DNA of 64,000 nucleotides from Leucoraja erinacea (taxonomy: Eukaryota). Where the stretch lies: contig NC_073389.1 of assembly GCF_028641065.1 (NCBI RefSeq), forward strand, positions 19,964,001 through 20,028,000, in the 5' to 3' direction. The notes below the pieces were generated by a model that saw only the letters and a program-made list of their open reading frames with translations, did not search any database and was not told where the DNA came from. Position numbers and translations under genes: made by a program. Within the stretch, counting starts at the first letter, position 1. Each line of letters starts with the position of its first letter. This document shows positions 1 to 13,017 of this stretch, piece by piece.

Positions 1-60
1 CAAAATGAAAAATTAAAATGAGACATCCTATCACGTGAGTTGTCAGAATTTTTCCAATGG

Positions 61-170
61 CCACAGAGGGAATGCACAAACTCCATACAAACAGCTTCTG
101 TAGTCAGGATGGAACCCAGGTTTGTGGTTTTGTAAGGCAGCAATTCTACCACTGCGCCATTGTGCTGCCC
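61..170 (-). mobile_element. HE1-type V-SINE, 5' fragment
   Basis: Reverse complement gives the tRNA-like head GGGCAGCACAATGGCGCAGTGGTAGAATTGCTGCC and the start of the V-domain; matches other SINE copies in the window. Confidence 0.8.
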
Positions 171-336
171 TAAAGTAAGACCCTGCATTACAATCAACCA
201 ATAAAATGAAAAATTGAAATGAGAAATCCCATCCTGAGTCATCAGTATTTTTTCAATGTAAATGGTTGTCCTCGCCCAAGTTTCAAATATTTAATCATAA
301 ATCAAAATAAAAAGCTTCTTCGCTGTATAAATACAC

Positions 337-410
337 CAGCTCGATGATGGTTTCTGGGCTTTGTCCAATGGCTTCCTCTGCTTTGGACTTAATGCTCTGC
401 ATTTGCTGAT
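337..410 (-). pseudogene. Candidate exon, 74 nt, phase 1-0: (D)QQMQSIKSKAEEAIGQSPETIIEL
   Basis: atatag|ATCAG acceptor and CTG|gtgtat donor; open frame inside ORF 295..585. Confidence 0.35.
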
Positions 411-480
411 CTATATTTGTCATGGTGAAATGGAAAACATTAGATTGCAAATAAAGGGGAAATATTACTGTTGGTACCTT

Positions 481-787
481 TAGACCTAAGTGATACATCA
501 TGAAAACAGGCCTTTCCACCCACAGAGTCTGCGCTGGCCAGTGATCACCACGGTACACTAGCACAATCCTACACACTAGGTACAATTTACAATTTTACCA
601 AAGCCAATTAATCTACAAACCTGTACGTTTTTGGAGTGTGGGTGGAAATCGGAGCACCCAGCCAAAACCCACTCAGTCACAGGGAGAACGTACAAACTCT
701 GTATAGACATCACCCGTAGTTGGGATCAAACCCAGGTCTCTGGCGCTGTAAGGCAGCCACATTACCACTGTGCCGATGTGCCACCCC
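481..787 (-). mobile_element. HE1-type V-SINE, near full length
   Basis: tRNA-like head, V-domain (GGGTGCTCCGATTTCCACCCACACTCCAAA) and 3' segment GGAAAGGCCTGTTTTC shared with other copies. Confidence 0.9.
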
Positions 788-980
788 TGTGGCAGAATAT
801 TACCATGTGTCTGAAATAATGTTCTAAGTTCTCCCTTTTTTTGTGGATTAACAGAATATTTCAGGAATGATGGAGATTTTTACTTTCGGTGATATATAAC
901 GTGAATGAACTTCAATTTTTATAGCAGGTTAAGGAGGTTTTACTTGATTGAAAAGAAAAGTATATTAACCCTTAAAATGT

Positions 981-1206
981 GTAGGAAGGAACTACGGATG
1001 CTGGCTCACACTAAAGATAGACATACAATGTTAGTGTAACTCAGCGGGTCAGGTTGCATATCTGGAAGAAAGGAATAGGTGGCGATTTGAGTCGATGTCC
1101 TTCTTATAAGACAGGGTATGAAGATGGATTTCGACCTGAAACATCACCTATTTCTTTTATCCAGAGATGTTGCCTGACCTGCTGAGTTACCTCAACATTT
1201 TATGTC
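981..1206. mobile_element. Penelope-derived fold-back element, old
   Basis: AAGGAACTACGGATGCTGG start; the left arm is the imperfect reverse complement of 1130-1206. Confidence 0.75.
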
Positions 1207-2212
1207 AGCCTTGAGAATGTGCTCTTTCTGCAATTCTGTACATATTTCATGAATGATATTTGTTGACGTGAATGCACAAATAAATCTTTACAATGATGAT
1301 GACAGAAGTGGGAAACATAGGCTTCGTCACTAATGCACCTTCTTAATACCATATTCTGAGTCTCGCTCCATACCCTCCAGAATCTCTTGTGTCCAGAAAT
1401 CTAAATCTATAATTAAATATACTCAGTGACTTGGCTTCCACTGTCTTCTGTGGTGGAGAATTTCACAGGTTCACCCTACTCTACTTGAAAATATATATCT
1501 TCATGTTGGTACTAAATGCCTTATTCCCTCTCATGAGATTCTGGAACCACAAGCCAACATAAACACCATTGTCATGTCAAAATGTTGATACAAAGAACTG
1601 CAGATGCTGGTTTACAAAGAAAGACGCAAAGTGCAGGAGTAATTTAGCAGGTCAGGCAGCATCTCTGGAGAACATGGATGGGTGACATTTTGGGTCAGGA
1701 CACTTCCTTCTGACTCAAAATATTGTATGTTTCAATGATATTGCCTCTTATTTGTCTAAATCCTGTTGAACACAGGTCTTGTCGGCCCAGCTTATCCTGA
1801 TATGGTAGTCATGCTTGGCTTGTTACATACTGCTGTATCTTTGCTGCATTCCTTCAATGGCAGCTGTAGCCAATGCAGATCAAAATGACACACAATACTT
1901 CATGGTTCATTCAGCAAGGCTGCATAATATTGGCACTTTTATTCCAACTCATTTTAATGGCCTAAGTGGTAAAACAGTTTAAATACTATAATATGTAATT
2001 CAGGCAATTGATCAAGCAGTGTGAGGGGAATTAATTGATTATTCACAGTTGATGCTGACTCATTTCATTTTTGACTCTGTATCCATTAATGTTAATTCAG
2101 TTTCATTGCCCTGTTAAGCTTAAATAACAATTTGATCCAGTAACCTTTATTGCAGGACAGACTTTCCAAGGCTGCAGATTCTGGCAAATATCGGGCCCGT
2201 TTTGAAGGATAT

Positions 2213-2446
2213 AGAAACATAGAAAATAGGTGCAGGAGAAGGTCACTTGGCCCTTCGAGTATGCACCGCCATTCATTGTGATCATGGCTGATCATTCACA
2301 ATCAGTAACCTGTGCCTGCCTTCTCCCCATATCCCTTAATTCCGCTGGCCCCTAGAGCTCTATCTAACTCTCTTTTAAATTCATTCAGTGAATTGGCCTC
2401 TACTGCCTTCTGTGGCAGAGAATTCCACAAATTCACAACTCTGGGT
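2213..2446 (-). mobile_element. HER1/CR1 LINE 3' fragment
   Basis: (TTTCTATG)n tail and the CR1 3' region GGCCAATTCACTGAATG...GGAGAAGGCAGG on the minus strand. Confidence 0.85.
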
Positions 2447-3855
2447 GATATCTCCTCCGAATTTCTGCATATCCAAAGCACGCAATGTTATGTGAACCTC
2501 TGTATTTTGGCTGTGTTTAAAAATCAATTTTTAATTTAAGTTTTACCTTAAATAAAAAAAATTAATATATTTAGAAGTGATGACTTGGTAATGTTTGATT
2601 AATGTAGCCCACATGTGTTTAATAATGAGGGATAAGCATTTTTAATAGGTGACAATTCTTCCCAATCAAAGGAAATTAATTTGAAATTGTTTACTTTTGT
2701 TTTTGTTGAATGCTGAATAAATTGAGACAAAAAATGTTTGGAAGCTCTTAAAACATATCTTTTAGTGCCCTTGCACTCAAAAGATACAACCTAATTTTTA
2801 AAGCTGCAGGTTAAAATATTGCATTCCCAGCCGTAGTGGAAACGATTGACATTCCACAGTCAACCAAACCCCGTGACACAAAATGTTGGTTTAACTCAGC
2901 GGGACAGGTGGCATCTCTGGAGAGAAGGGATAGTGATGTTTCGGGTCGAGACCCTTCTCCCTGTGACTGCAGATGTTCATTTTGACGCAGCTTTCCCCCT
3001 TCAGAAATTAGTCTGCTTTAATTGGGAAATGTAAAAGTGGTTTCTGTCTGATGTTGATTCCTTTGCTCTCCAAATGGACTGATTTCAAATATAACGAATC
3101 TTCAGTAAGGTGTAGAGAAACCTGTTTGTATAAATCAAACACCATCTGTGCTGCAACAGACAGCTTGCTTTCTTAGTGGAAATTCATTGATGCTGAGTTG
3201 GGGGGTGGGAGGGAATGGATGTGGGAAGGTGCCAAATGGATTGACAGTGTCAAACTGTTGAGTATATTATTATGTGCAGAAGCGAGGTGAGGTATAGGTA
3301 CAATAAAAAGCATTGCTTGCTGCACCATGACGGAAGTGTAGATTTGGACAACACCCAAAAACAACATTTATATGTATTTTACATATTGGCAGTAAAGAGG
3401 TAGAAAAAAAAATGCAAAAAGGGACATTAGTGCAAAACACAATTAGAAAATAAATATGTCCACAATAGTGCTTGAGGTGATCTGTGGTGTCTCATTGTCG
3501 AGATAGAGTTAGGATTATGTGGATTGATTCAAAAATTGAGAGTTGCAGGAAAATAGCTGGCACTGAATCAGGTGATGTGCAATTTCAGGCTTCTGTACCT
3601 CCTTGATGGTTGAGTTGAGTTTGAATTTAGTTTATTGACAAGTGCACTGAGGAAGAGTGAAAAGCCCAAAATGTTTGTGCTGAATATAATGCCGTTAAAC
3701 TGATCTCATCTGCCTGCACATGATCCATATCTTTCTATTCCCTGCATTTCCATGTGCCTATGAGAAAGCCTCTTCTCGGCCACTATCGTATCTGTCTCCA
3801 CATTCATCCCTAACAATGTGTTCCAGGCGCCCACTGTTCTCTGTATAAAAAAACC

Positions 3856-4135
3856 TAGTTCAGTTTATTGTCACATGTACCAAGGTACAGTGAAAAGCTT
3901 TTATGTGTTAACCAGTCAGCGGAAAGACAATACATGATTACAATCGTGCCGTCCACAGTGCACAAATACATGATCAAGGGAATAGCATGAATAATGTTTT
4001 GTGCAAAATAAATTCCAGTAAAGTCTGATAGTCCAAGAGTCTCCAATGATGATAAGATGAGGATATGGCCCAGATGGTGGGAATCCTTGATGGTTGATGC
4101 CACCTTCTTTACGAGGCAGCTCATGTAGATGGTTT
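3856..4135 (-). mobile_element. Rex1/Babar-type 3' end fragment; related copies at 4580-4812, 26305-26690 and 59140-59310
   Basis: Repeated motif TTTATTGTCACATGTACCAAGGTACAGTGAAAAGC. The 26305 copy continues into coding sequence like the Rex1 C-terminus (LLPSGKRYKSVKTHTSR). Confidence 0.6.
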
Positions 4136-5364
4136 TTAAATGACTTACGACTATGTTATAGAGAGCATTTGCAAAATGGTATGACTTATTTCCACATAGC
4201 ATTTGTAAAAACCACTTCAAGCAATTATGTAACTTTGAATGGCACAACTTAAAATTTTCATTAAAAATTTCATCAGTTCTGCCATTTTTGATTGAATGTC
4301 AACTAAAATACCCAGGTAGTCTCGAGAAATCTCAGGCACTGTCTGGTAAACCTGAAGGTTTTTCTAAAAATGGACAATGTGAATGAGAACAAAGTATCTT
4401 AAAGTAGAGTTTGCATATCTGAAGAAGTTATGGTTTCAGTTTATGTATAGGAAGGAACTGCAGATGCTGGTTTAAATCGAAGATAGACACGAAATGCTGG
4501 AGTAACTCAGTGGAACAGTTTAGTTTAATGTTATGTAGTTTATCGGTGCGATTTCAGTCTTCTGTACCTCCTGCCTGATGGTTGAGTTTGTTGTTACGTG
4601 TTCCGAGGTACAGGGAAAAGCTTTTGTTGTGTGCCAACCAGTCAGCAGAAAGACAATACATGATTGCAATCAATTCATTTACATTGTACAGATACATGAT
4701 AAGGGAATAACGTTTAGTGCAAGGTAAAGCTTGCAAATTTCGATCAAGGATAGCCCGAGGGTCACCAAAGAGGTAAATAGCAGTTGCACACTTCTCTCTG
4801 GTTGTGGCAAGATGATTTTGCAGATAAGACATATAATTTAAGGGAATATATGCATGGGAAGTGTGAACACATTGAAAGTGTCCTTCAGGTTGTCTCTGTT
4901 TACTTATGCCATGTGTTCTTTGTAAATATATAATTAATTGCAAAACATTCAAAGGGAATCTCTTTCCTTCCCATGATGCTTCATGCCAGTTGTTTATCAA
5001 TATTCGGCTGGTGTTACATTCTTGAATCCTAAAGCTGTTTATGTTGGCAAGATAAGGTGTAGATTCGTTTCTCAAATTATCAAGTCTTTTCTTCAGTGTT
5101 CTATTACAAAGTAAAAAGAAAGGTCAACCATTTTGAAAATCAGAGGACCAGGCACCACAGCCATTCTGACACGATTTCATCACTGAACCAACACTTTAAA
5201 AAAGGATGTTGAATCAAGACTCCTTTTTCAAGTGAGCTGCATGATTTAAGTGACTTCAGGTAGTAAAGGGAAAAATAACTTTCAACATCAATTGTAATGA
5301 AAATATAGCTAGACTGTTCGATGTTGTTAAAATAAAGGCTTTTTAAAAAATAAGTCATGCACAC

Positions 5365-5662
5365 AGGCGCAGCAATAGAGCTGCTGTCATATGCGCTAAA
5401 GACCCGGGTTCGATCCTGACCTCGGGTGCCGTCTGTACGGTTTGTATCTTCTCCCCGTGACCGCGTGGGTTTTCTCCGGATGCTCTGGTTTCTCCCACAT
5501 CTTGAAGACGCGCAGTTTTGAAGTTTACTTTGCTTCTATAATTTGTTGCGAGTATGTCGGGTAGAATCAGTATATAGTTGATCGCAGGTCGGCACAGACT
5601 CAGTGGGCTGAAGGGCCTGTTTCCATGCTGTATCTCTAAACTAAACTACAAACTAAACTAAA
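5365..5662 (+). mobile_element. HE1-type V-SINE
   Basis: B-box GGTTCGATCC, V-domain and (CTAAA)n tail. Confidence 0.9.
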
Positions 5663-5730
5663 CCAGGTACACAATTTAATTGAATGAGCTAGTCATTTTT
5701 ACCTCTGAGTACAGTCTCATCCAAGATGTG

Positions 5731-5946
5731 TGGAAGGAACTGCAGCTGCTGCTTTATACTGAAGATAGACACAATGCTGGCGTAACTCAGTGGGTCGCCG
5801 AATCTCGAGATGAGGAATAGGTGATATTTCAGATCAGAACCCTTCTTCAGACTCTGAAGAAGGGTTCCAATGTGAAAGGTTACCTATTTCTTTTCTCCAG
5901 AGATGCTGCCTGTCCGGTTTAGTTACGCCTGAGCATTTTGTGTCTA
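5731..5946. mobile_element. Penelope-derived fold-back element with back-to-back hammerhead-like motifs
   Basis: Centre reads AACCCTTCTTCAG-ACT-CTGAAGAAGGGTT; the arms are reverse-complementary. Confidence 0.75.
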
Positions 5947-8433
5947 ACTTCATCGATGCTGTATTTTCCTTAAGTCCTGAATATTTTTCTGCTCAACAAA
6001 ACTCGTTGGAGTTGAAACAAAAAAAAACAAGTCTGTTGGCCAATCTTGCAAAGCACCCATGGAGGAAACCATCAGTTGGGTCAGATAAATATATTAAATT
6101 ATTTTGAGTATATTTTTAAATACATTGAAATTGTGAGGTTGATGATATAACTTTCCATAAATTGAAAGTAATTTTGTGCAATTTTGTCTCAAGATGATTT
6201 GTGTTGAAATGATAGCTGGAGTGGTTGTCCTGTCACTTTGAATCATAATTGTTTTACACAGAGACCAAGTTTGCTTTCTTGTGGTTTCATTTGAGGAGAA
6301 AGTTGTCAGGAATAAAGTCGAATATTTCTCCAACAGGCTGAACAGACCCAGAGGCATAATATTCGCATCATCTCTGCACTCAGCTATCAAATCGTGCTGC
6401 TGTTCACCCTAAATAAATAATTTGTGTTTATCCATGAAGTAAGATCAGAAAAAAATGAAAGACAAGTCAACTGTTCCATTATGCTTTCAGACTGAGATGG
6501 CCTGAGGGAAATGGAGTATTGCATTTTTATTAATAGCTACAACACACATAACTGAATTTAAAATATGACTTTATCCCAGATACAGAAAGCAGAGAGATAG
6601 TCCTTGAAGATATTTTGTTATTGCATCTAATACCATATGATGATGTTGCCAGATTCTTTCCAGATGCTCAGTGATGCAGATCGATAATTATCATGAATAA
6701 TTGTTGCATTGATGCTGCACTTTGTCTTCTCCCTTGCTTTATATATGTCGCTAGAAACTACTGAACTCCTCTCCCACTGTCCACATGAAATCAATTGTTG
6801 CGACATGAAATTACCTCTAAATTTCCTTTCTTTCGACGTCTCTTTTGCCTTCAGCACAACAGTTTGTGATCTGATGAAGCAGGCATCTTGGGCTTGAAGG
6901 TTGAATAATTGACCATTTAGACGTAAGCTGGGATGACTGACTTTAAACAGTATAGTTTTGATTTGAACGACTTGTACAGCTGTTTGCCAAAATATTTGTA
7001 ATGTTTTGAACAAATATCCTCCTTCATACATTGGAAAGGCCTGCGATTTCTCTGGGCAATACCAGCATTTCTCAGCAGAATTAACAGTAAATTCCAAAAG
7101 CACTGTGCAAGTTGAGTTGTCCAGAGCAACTCAACAGTCCAGCAACAGAGATCCCCCAATGATTATGTTGATGAAGGTGCCTTCAGATAACGGTCAAGGG
7201 CTATGGGGAGAAGGCAGGAGAATGGGGTTAGGAGGGAGAGATAGATAAGCCATGATGAAATGAAGGAGTAGACTTGATGGGCCAAATTGCCTAATTTTGC
7301 TCCTATCACATGACCTTATGATCTTAATACCAAAATCAATTCAATGAGAAATCTAGGGTTTCGGGGGAGAAATGCATGAATAACTCCTGTAATTATTTGT
7401 GGTTTGGTTAATAATTTTAATTATTTTAGTGGTTTCATGTGACTTCAGTTGATATACATTGTATTTCTAAAAATAGTAGTTTTGAATTCTATTTTAATGT
7501 TGCAATGCCACACATAGACAACTTGCACTATTTCGACAGCCAGGAAAGCTGGCACTACATCAGAGGTTAGTGAGGTTTGCTTTGGTTTATTCATGTGCCC
7601 CTATTAAAGCCCCTATTGAGACAGTCAAGGTTTTGCTGCTAATTGACCCTAGGGCAGTTCTGCCATTGTGGTTTACCAATATGGATGAGCTACAAGTTAG
7701 AGTGTTTGTTACTATTTCTCCTACAGAGAAAAGAGCATTGTGAAATAGTATAGTTCTGATAATAATTGATTTTTATTTGAAAAAAGAATGTCAATTCAGA
7801 ATTTTTAACAAAATATTTTAATTTTAGACAATTTGGTTAAAAGTGCCAAAGTATTTCAACATTGGATATGTTTAATTGGCAGTGATTGAATGAACCTCAT
7901 TCATGAATCAGATGGGAGATAGCTTAATAGGTTATGAATGGAAAATGTTTGCACAGGTTGGTAGGAGGCTTATTATATTTAGAGTCATAGTGCCTTACAG
8001 AATGGAAACAGGCCCTTTAGCCCAACTTACCCACACTGGCCAACTTGTCCCATCCACACTAGTCCCACCTGCTTGTGTTTCATGCCATGTACGTTTGAAT
8101 CCAAATCATTGATGTAAATGACAAATAGCAATGTGGCGAGGACCAAACTTGTCCACCACTTGGCACGCCACTTGTCACAGGCCTCCAGTCTGAAAAGCAA
8201 CCTTCCACTACCACCCTCTGCTTCCTTCCATGAGGCCAACTTTTTAGCCTTTTTATTTCTATTTCTGCCCATTAAATTTTCCAATGGGGATAATGTTACA
8301 AAAACTGTATTAGGCTGATCTCAGTGTAAAAACTGCAGATATTTAATTTCAAAATTAGTGCACTGCATTTGGGTTAATTATTTTGTTTCATAATTCCATT
8401 ATTTCTGTTCAGATATTAACAATCATCTTTTAC

Positions 8434-8526
8434 CTGCTCTATGAATGTTTCCATTGTGGCCATCCAGTCCCAAGTCTCCATAGCCAGAGCAATGCACATT
8501 TCTCACATACACTCATCAAATGAATG
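8434..8526 (-). pseudogene. Candidate exon, 93 nt, phase 0-0, one in-frame TGA: HSFDECM*EMCIALAMETWDWMATMETFIEQ
   Basis: tttttgcag| acceptor and CAG|gtaaaa donor; exactly 31 codons; the other two frames are also closed. Confidence 0.45.
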
Positions 8527-8783
8527 CTGCAAAAACTAGCGCAACGAGTTAACACTTCAAACTTGTGGGGTTTTTGCTCTCCTACTATAATTTATCTGCT
8601 TCTTTTGAATACTTTGTATTCTCAAAGTATGTCACACAGAGGCACACTGTCTTGTTTTTATTAGACAGTATTTTATTTTTTTTGTCCAGCACTGATGTCT
8701 CTCCAACTATTGTGCGTTCAGGGACATTACTAAATGTGAGACTGTATAAAAAGCCTGCTGAAAGCATAGCCTCTATATAATAT

Positions 8784-8865
8784 TTAAGAAAGAACTACAT
8801 GTGCTGAAAAAAATCGAAGGTAGACAAATAAGATGGAGAAACTCAGTGGGTGAGTTTCTCCAGCT
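8784..8865. mobile_element. Very short Penelope-derived fold-back insertion
   Basis: TGGAGAAACTCA-GTGGG-TGAGTTTCTCCA hairpin; direct repeat TCTATATAATAT at 8772-8783 and 8866-8877. Confidence 0.7.
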
Positions 8866-9027
8866 TCTATATAATATGTTATTTTTTCCCACTTTAGCAG
8901 CAAGTAATTGTTGTTTTATTCAGCTCGGGTGAACATGTGAATGAATCTTGTAAGAAAGTATCTTGACCAGAAATTCATCCTTCACTTTGAATTTAAAGCT
9001 TTTCTTTTAAATTTTGTAGCAAACGAA

Positions 9028-9508
9028 ACCAGACTGATTCCTGGGATGTCAGGACTTTCATATGAAGAAAGACTGGATAGATTCAGCTTGTACTCGCTAG
9101 AATTTAGAAGATTGAGGGGGGATCATAGAAACTTACAAAATTCTTAAGGGGTTGGACAGGCTAGATGCAGGAAGATTGTTCCCGAAGTTGGGGAAGTCCA
9201 GAACAAGGGGTCACAGTTTAAGGATAAGGGGGAAGTCTTTTAGGACCGAGATGAGAATTTTTTTTTTTCGCACAGAGAGTTGTGAATCTGTGGAATTCTC
9301 TGCCACAGAAAGCCAGTTCACTGGCTATATTTAAGAGGGAGTTAGATGTGGCCCTTGTTGCTAAAGGGATCAGGTGGTATGGCGAGAAGGCAGGTACAGG
9401 ATACTGAGTTGGATGATCAGCCATGATCATATTGAATGGTGGTGCAGGCTCGAAGGTCCGAATGGCTACTCCTGCACCTATTTTCTATGTTTCTATGTCT
9501 ATGTTTCT
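9028..9508 (+). mobile_element. HER1/CR1 LINE 3' fragment
   Basis: Translates as TRLIPGMSGLSYEERLDRFSLYSLEFRRLRGD, matching the C-terminus of ORF 39587-41149; (TTTCTATG)n tail. Confidence 0.9.
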
Positions 9509-9662
9509 AAAATAAAGTTATAAACAAATGGAATTGGTTAAAAAAAATCGTAAATTGAAAGAGACTTTCCAAATCCCAAATGTTACAAAAACTAGAAAAA
9601 TGAAATAAAAACCGATTTGTTTCTGACCTGCTGAGAATGCCTTGATATTCTTCTCTTACTTC

Positions 9663-9968
9663 ATAGAGTTATAGTGTCATACAGGCACCTCGGCCCAATT
9701 TACCTGTACTGACCTACATGCCACATTTATATTAGTCCCACCTGCGTGCATTAGGCCCATATCTTTCTAAACCTATTATATCCATGTTCCTGTCCAAAGG
9801 TTTTGTAAAGATTGTGATAGAACCTGCCTCAACTCTGTCCTCTGGCAGCTTGTTCCACATACCTACCATCCTTTGTGTAATGAAGTTGGCCCTTGGGTTA
9901 CTATTTAAATCTTTCCCCCTCACTTTAATCTATGTCCTCTGGTTCTTGATTCCATTACTCTGGGTAAA
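9663..9968 (-). mobile_element. CR1-family 3' fragment of a second subfamily; related copies at 48280-48610 and 49920-50060
   Basis: Translates as NFITQRMVGMWNKLPEDRVEAGSITIFTKPLDRNM, typical of the CR1 ORF2 C-terminus. Confidence 0.8.
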
Positions 9969-10410
9969 ATACTCCATTATTCTGGGTAAAGGTTTTATAT
10001 AGAACTGTACAGCACAGAAACAGGCTGTTTGGCCCTCCATGTCCATATTGATCAAATGTGATGCTTTGTGCTTGTCTCCATTCTTAAATGTTGCAAATGT
10101 ACTTGCCCCAGCAACTTCTCAGGAGGATTCCAACCAACCTCTGCATTGAAAAATATCATACTCAGATCCGTCTAACCTGTGAATCCTTAACAGTAATTTA
10201 TGATCTCTGGTTTTAACCTTATTTGCAAGAGGGAAAGGTTTTATCCTATGTTACTTATAATGCTCCTCATAATTTGGTATGCTCCCATCAAGTCCCCCGT
10301 TAGCCCCCTCCGCTACAAGGTAAGCAGATTGAACCCACCCGGTCAATCCTCAAAACGTAAATGCTTCATCCCAGGCAACAGTGTGGTGAAAACCCATTGC
10401 AAGCACGCAC

Positions 10411-10693
10411 GTCCCATGGTTTAGTGATCAGAGAGTGGAAGCTGCCGTATGACAAAGGCCAAGATAGCATGCAACTAAAGACAGCATCGCAGCACATCGT
10501 TTGACACACAACTGATGATAGCTGTAGAGCGCATGGTTCTTGAGAATCATCCTTTGACATGCAGCTGGGTATAACCATACAGCCCAAGGTCCTTGAGAGT
10601 CATCTTCACTAAGTTTGCAAATGGAGGATTGAATAAGCGAGTTTGGTATTCCGAAAAACTCAAGGAATCATGGGATTTGTCAAAGGTCACTCG
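10411..10693 (-). pseudogene. Candidate exon, 283 nt, RVTFDKSHDSLSFSEYQTRLFNPPFANLVKMTLKDLGLYGYTQL...LITKPWD, requiring one frameshift
   Basis: ttttgtttatag|CGA acceptor and GAC|gtgcgt donor; unique sequence with coding-like composition. Confidence 0.4.
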
Positions 10694-10754
10694 CTATAAA
10701 CAAAAAGCGAACGAAGCACTGGCTGCATAAACTGTGTATAAATTCTTACCTTTA

Positions 10755-11880
10755 TTCATGATTTATGTGTAAAAATATATTTAATCTGAGGAATGGGGAT
10801 GCCAGGTAGTGGGAGAGCGGGGTGGAACAGTGAGAGATGGGGCAGATGCGAGTGGGAGACGGGGAGAGACATCCTCGCCAGCTGTGCGCCCACAGACCTG
10901 CGCCTCATCCGCAGCCAGGAACTAACCCGGGTCCCCAGCGCCGCAAGCACCGCCACTGGACCCCCCCCCCCCCCGAGTGTCCATCCCTGCCCCAGGGGCG
11001 GCCGGAGACGTCCGTGGTGACACTGGACACTGACGGGACAGCGGCCCGGAGCAGCTGCCCACTGCCAGAGTGGAGAAGAAGCGCCAACTACACCAAATCC
11101 TTCTCCAACTCCGAGGAACCCGCTCCCCGAGACCACCAGCTGCACCCGCCGCTCCACCCAGCAACCCCCCGGCCAACCCCCCGGCGCCAGCGAACGCCAA
11201 GCACCAGCCACCAATGGGGACACACACAAAATGCTGCAGCAACTCAGCGGGACAGGCAGCATCCCCATGGAAAAGGAATGGGTGCCGTTTCAGGTCGAGA
11301 CCTTTCTCCAGAGATGCTGCCTGGCCCGCCGAGCCATTGCATCACCTCGCGTACATCCCTGCTGATGAATAGCACTCGGCCCCCACTGGCACAGTGATGG
11401 CCAACTGACAGCCACTGGACAAGGAGAGAGGAGCAGCCGACAGTCCCCGGCCCCCCTGGGAGCCGGAGCAGAGCCGAGCTGGCGCCCCGCCAGCCCAGGG
11501 CTACCCCAGACATCTCCAACAGCCCCCAGCAGGGACGGGACTCCAGGGGATGGAGACAGCCCAGCAACAACTCAACAGCACCCGCAGCGCTGGAGACCCA
11601 GGCCAGACCCCGGCCATGGATGAAACGCAACACAGCAGCACAGCTACCGAGAATGTTTATAGCGAGTGACCTATGACCTGGGCACGTGCAGTCGGAATAC
11701 TGAACTCGGTTATAGCTTTTATCCGATATTAGAGCTTTTAAGAACGTATTGTGATTGGTGATAATGAATTGGAGAGTCCGCAAGATTTCAATTGGTCAAT
11801 GCCTGCATAAAAATTGACTTTTCATAGCAGAATTTTAGAGTAGATTTTTTGTTACGGTAACTGGGACTCAAAAATTCATG
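10755..11880. mobile_element. Unclassified GC-rich interspersed repeat with a nested Penelope fold-back piece (11222-11340)
   Basis: Abrupt GC/CpG-rich block between AT-rich flanks; overlapping ORFs are low-complexity in all frames; termini not resolved. Confidence 0.4.
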
Positions 11881-12886
11881 TTATGGGAGCAGAATTAGGC
11901 CATTTGGCCCGTCAAGTCATTCAATCATGGCTGCTCTATCTTTCCCTCTCAACCTCATTCTCCCACCTTCTCTCCATAACCCCAGACACCCATTCTAAAC
12001 CAAGAATCTATCAATTTCTGCATAAAAATTATTCAGTGGCATGACCTCTACAGACTAAAGAAATTCCTCCTCATCTCCTTTGCTGTGCTGCTCTCCCTGT
12101 GCACGTAAATAAAATGTGTCTGGGAAATGAATTCAAGTTGTTAGAGTCCTGTTGATCAGTGACAAGAAGAACTGCACACGGTGCTCCAGCTGCAGCCCCA
12201 ACCTATATTTTAAATAGTCGTGTCATTCCTGGTATTGTCATGCAAACATATTCCATGCCCTGGCGAATGAAGATAATTATCCTTTATTAACTGCCCTAAC
12301 CTTCTGCACTGCCACATTAATGGACCCTTAGACTTGCATACCAAGGTCCTGTTCTTCCTCAATTCTCCCTATCATCATTCATTCTCTTGTAATGCATTGC
12401 AAATGATGATGATGCCAGTTGAAAAGAAGATGGTGAAGATATCTAAAGAGAACATAGAAATAGTAGAAAAAAATGAACTTTTTTTTTCTCTCATATGCAG
12501 TTTCAGGTTTTATTTGTCTCGTCCTCTTGACGTAACATGACCACTCCTTTTCGACCAGCACCCCTTGGTCATTACACAATCACCATCCTCTTTGCCCTTC
12601 CTGTTCTTCTCACAGCCCTTAACAAGAGTTTAAAACCCACTTCATTACCCATTATTCCCAGCTCTGATGCGGGGTCAGTGACCGAGCCAAAGAGCAGAAA
12701 ACAAGGGAAGAGATATCACTTCATGGAGCCACAAGGGCGCCTGTTATAATGATAGTTTTATGAACACTACCAAAATAATGTTAATTAACGCATGTTTTGT
12801 TGCTGAGAATGACAGAACAGTGTTTGCATTGTTCTTGTTTTGTTTTTATATATATATCGTATATAGAAAATAAAAAAAACACTTGC

Positions 12887-13017
12887 AAAAGGCTTCAACT
12901 CTGGCGCATCTTTCAATGATTTTGTCACCAAGTACAGCTTCAAAAACACATAATCATAAAATGTACTCTTTAATATTGTTATTTCAAAATACTGTCTTTC
13001 ATGGTACAAATGTATAG
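12887..13017 (-). pseudogene. Candidate exon, 131 nt, phase 1-0, GC donor: IHLYHERQYFEITILKSTFYDYVFLKLYLVTKSLKDAPELKPF
   Basis: gtttgtttgccctcag| acceptor and TTT|gcaagt donor; one frame is fully open. Confidence 0.35.

Noticed and set aside
5365-5430. tRNA gene (A/B-box-like sequence here and in other copies)
   Set aside because: It continues directly into the SINE V-domain, and no complete cloverleaf can be formed.
8503-8505. In-frame TGA read as selenocysteine
   Set aside because: Neighbouring candidate exons also carry TAA/TAG codons and frameshifts, and I saw no SECIS element; decay such as CGA to TGA is simpler.
10756-11783. Several overlapping 100-186 aa ORFs
   Set aside because: They are Pro/Gly/Arg-rich translations in all frames of a GC-rich repeat, with no domain motifs.
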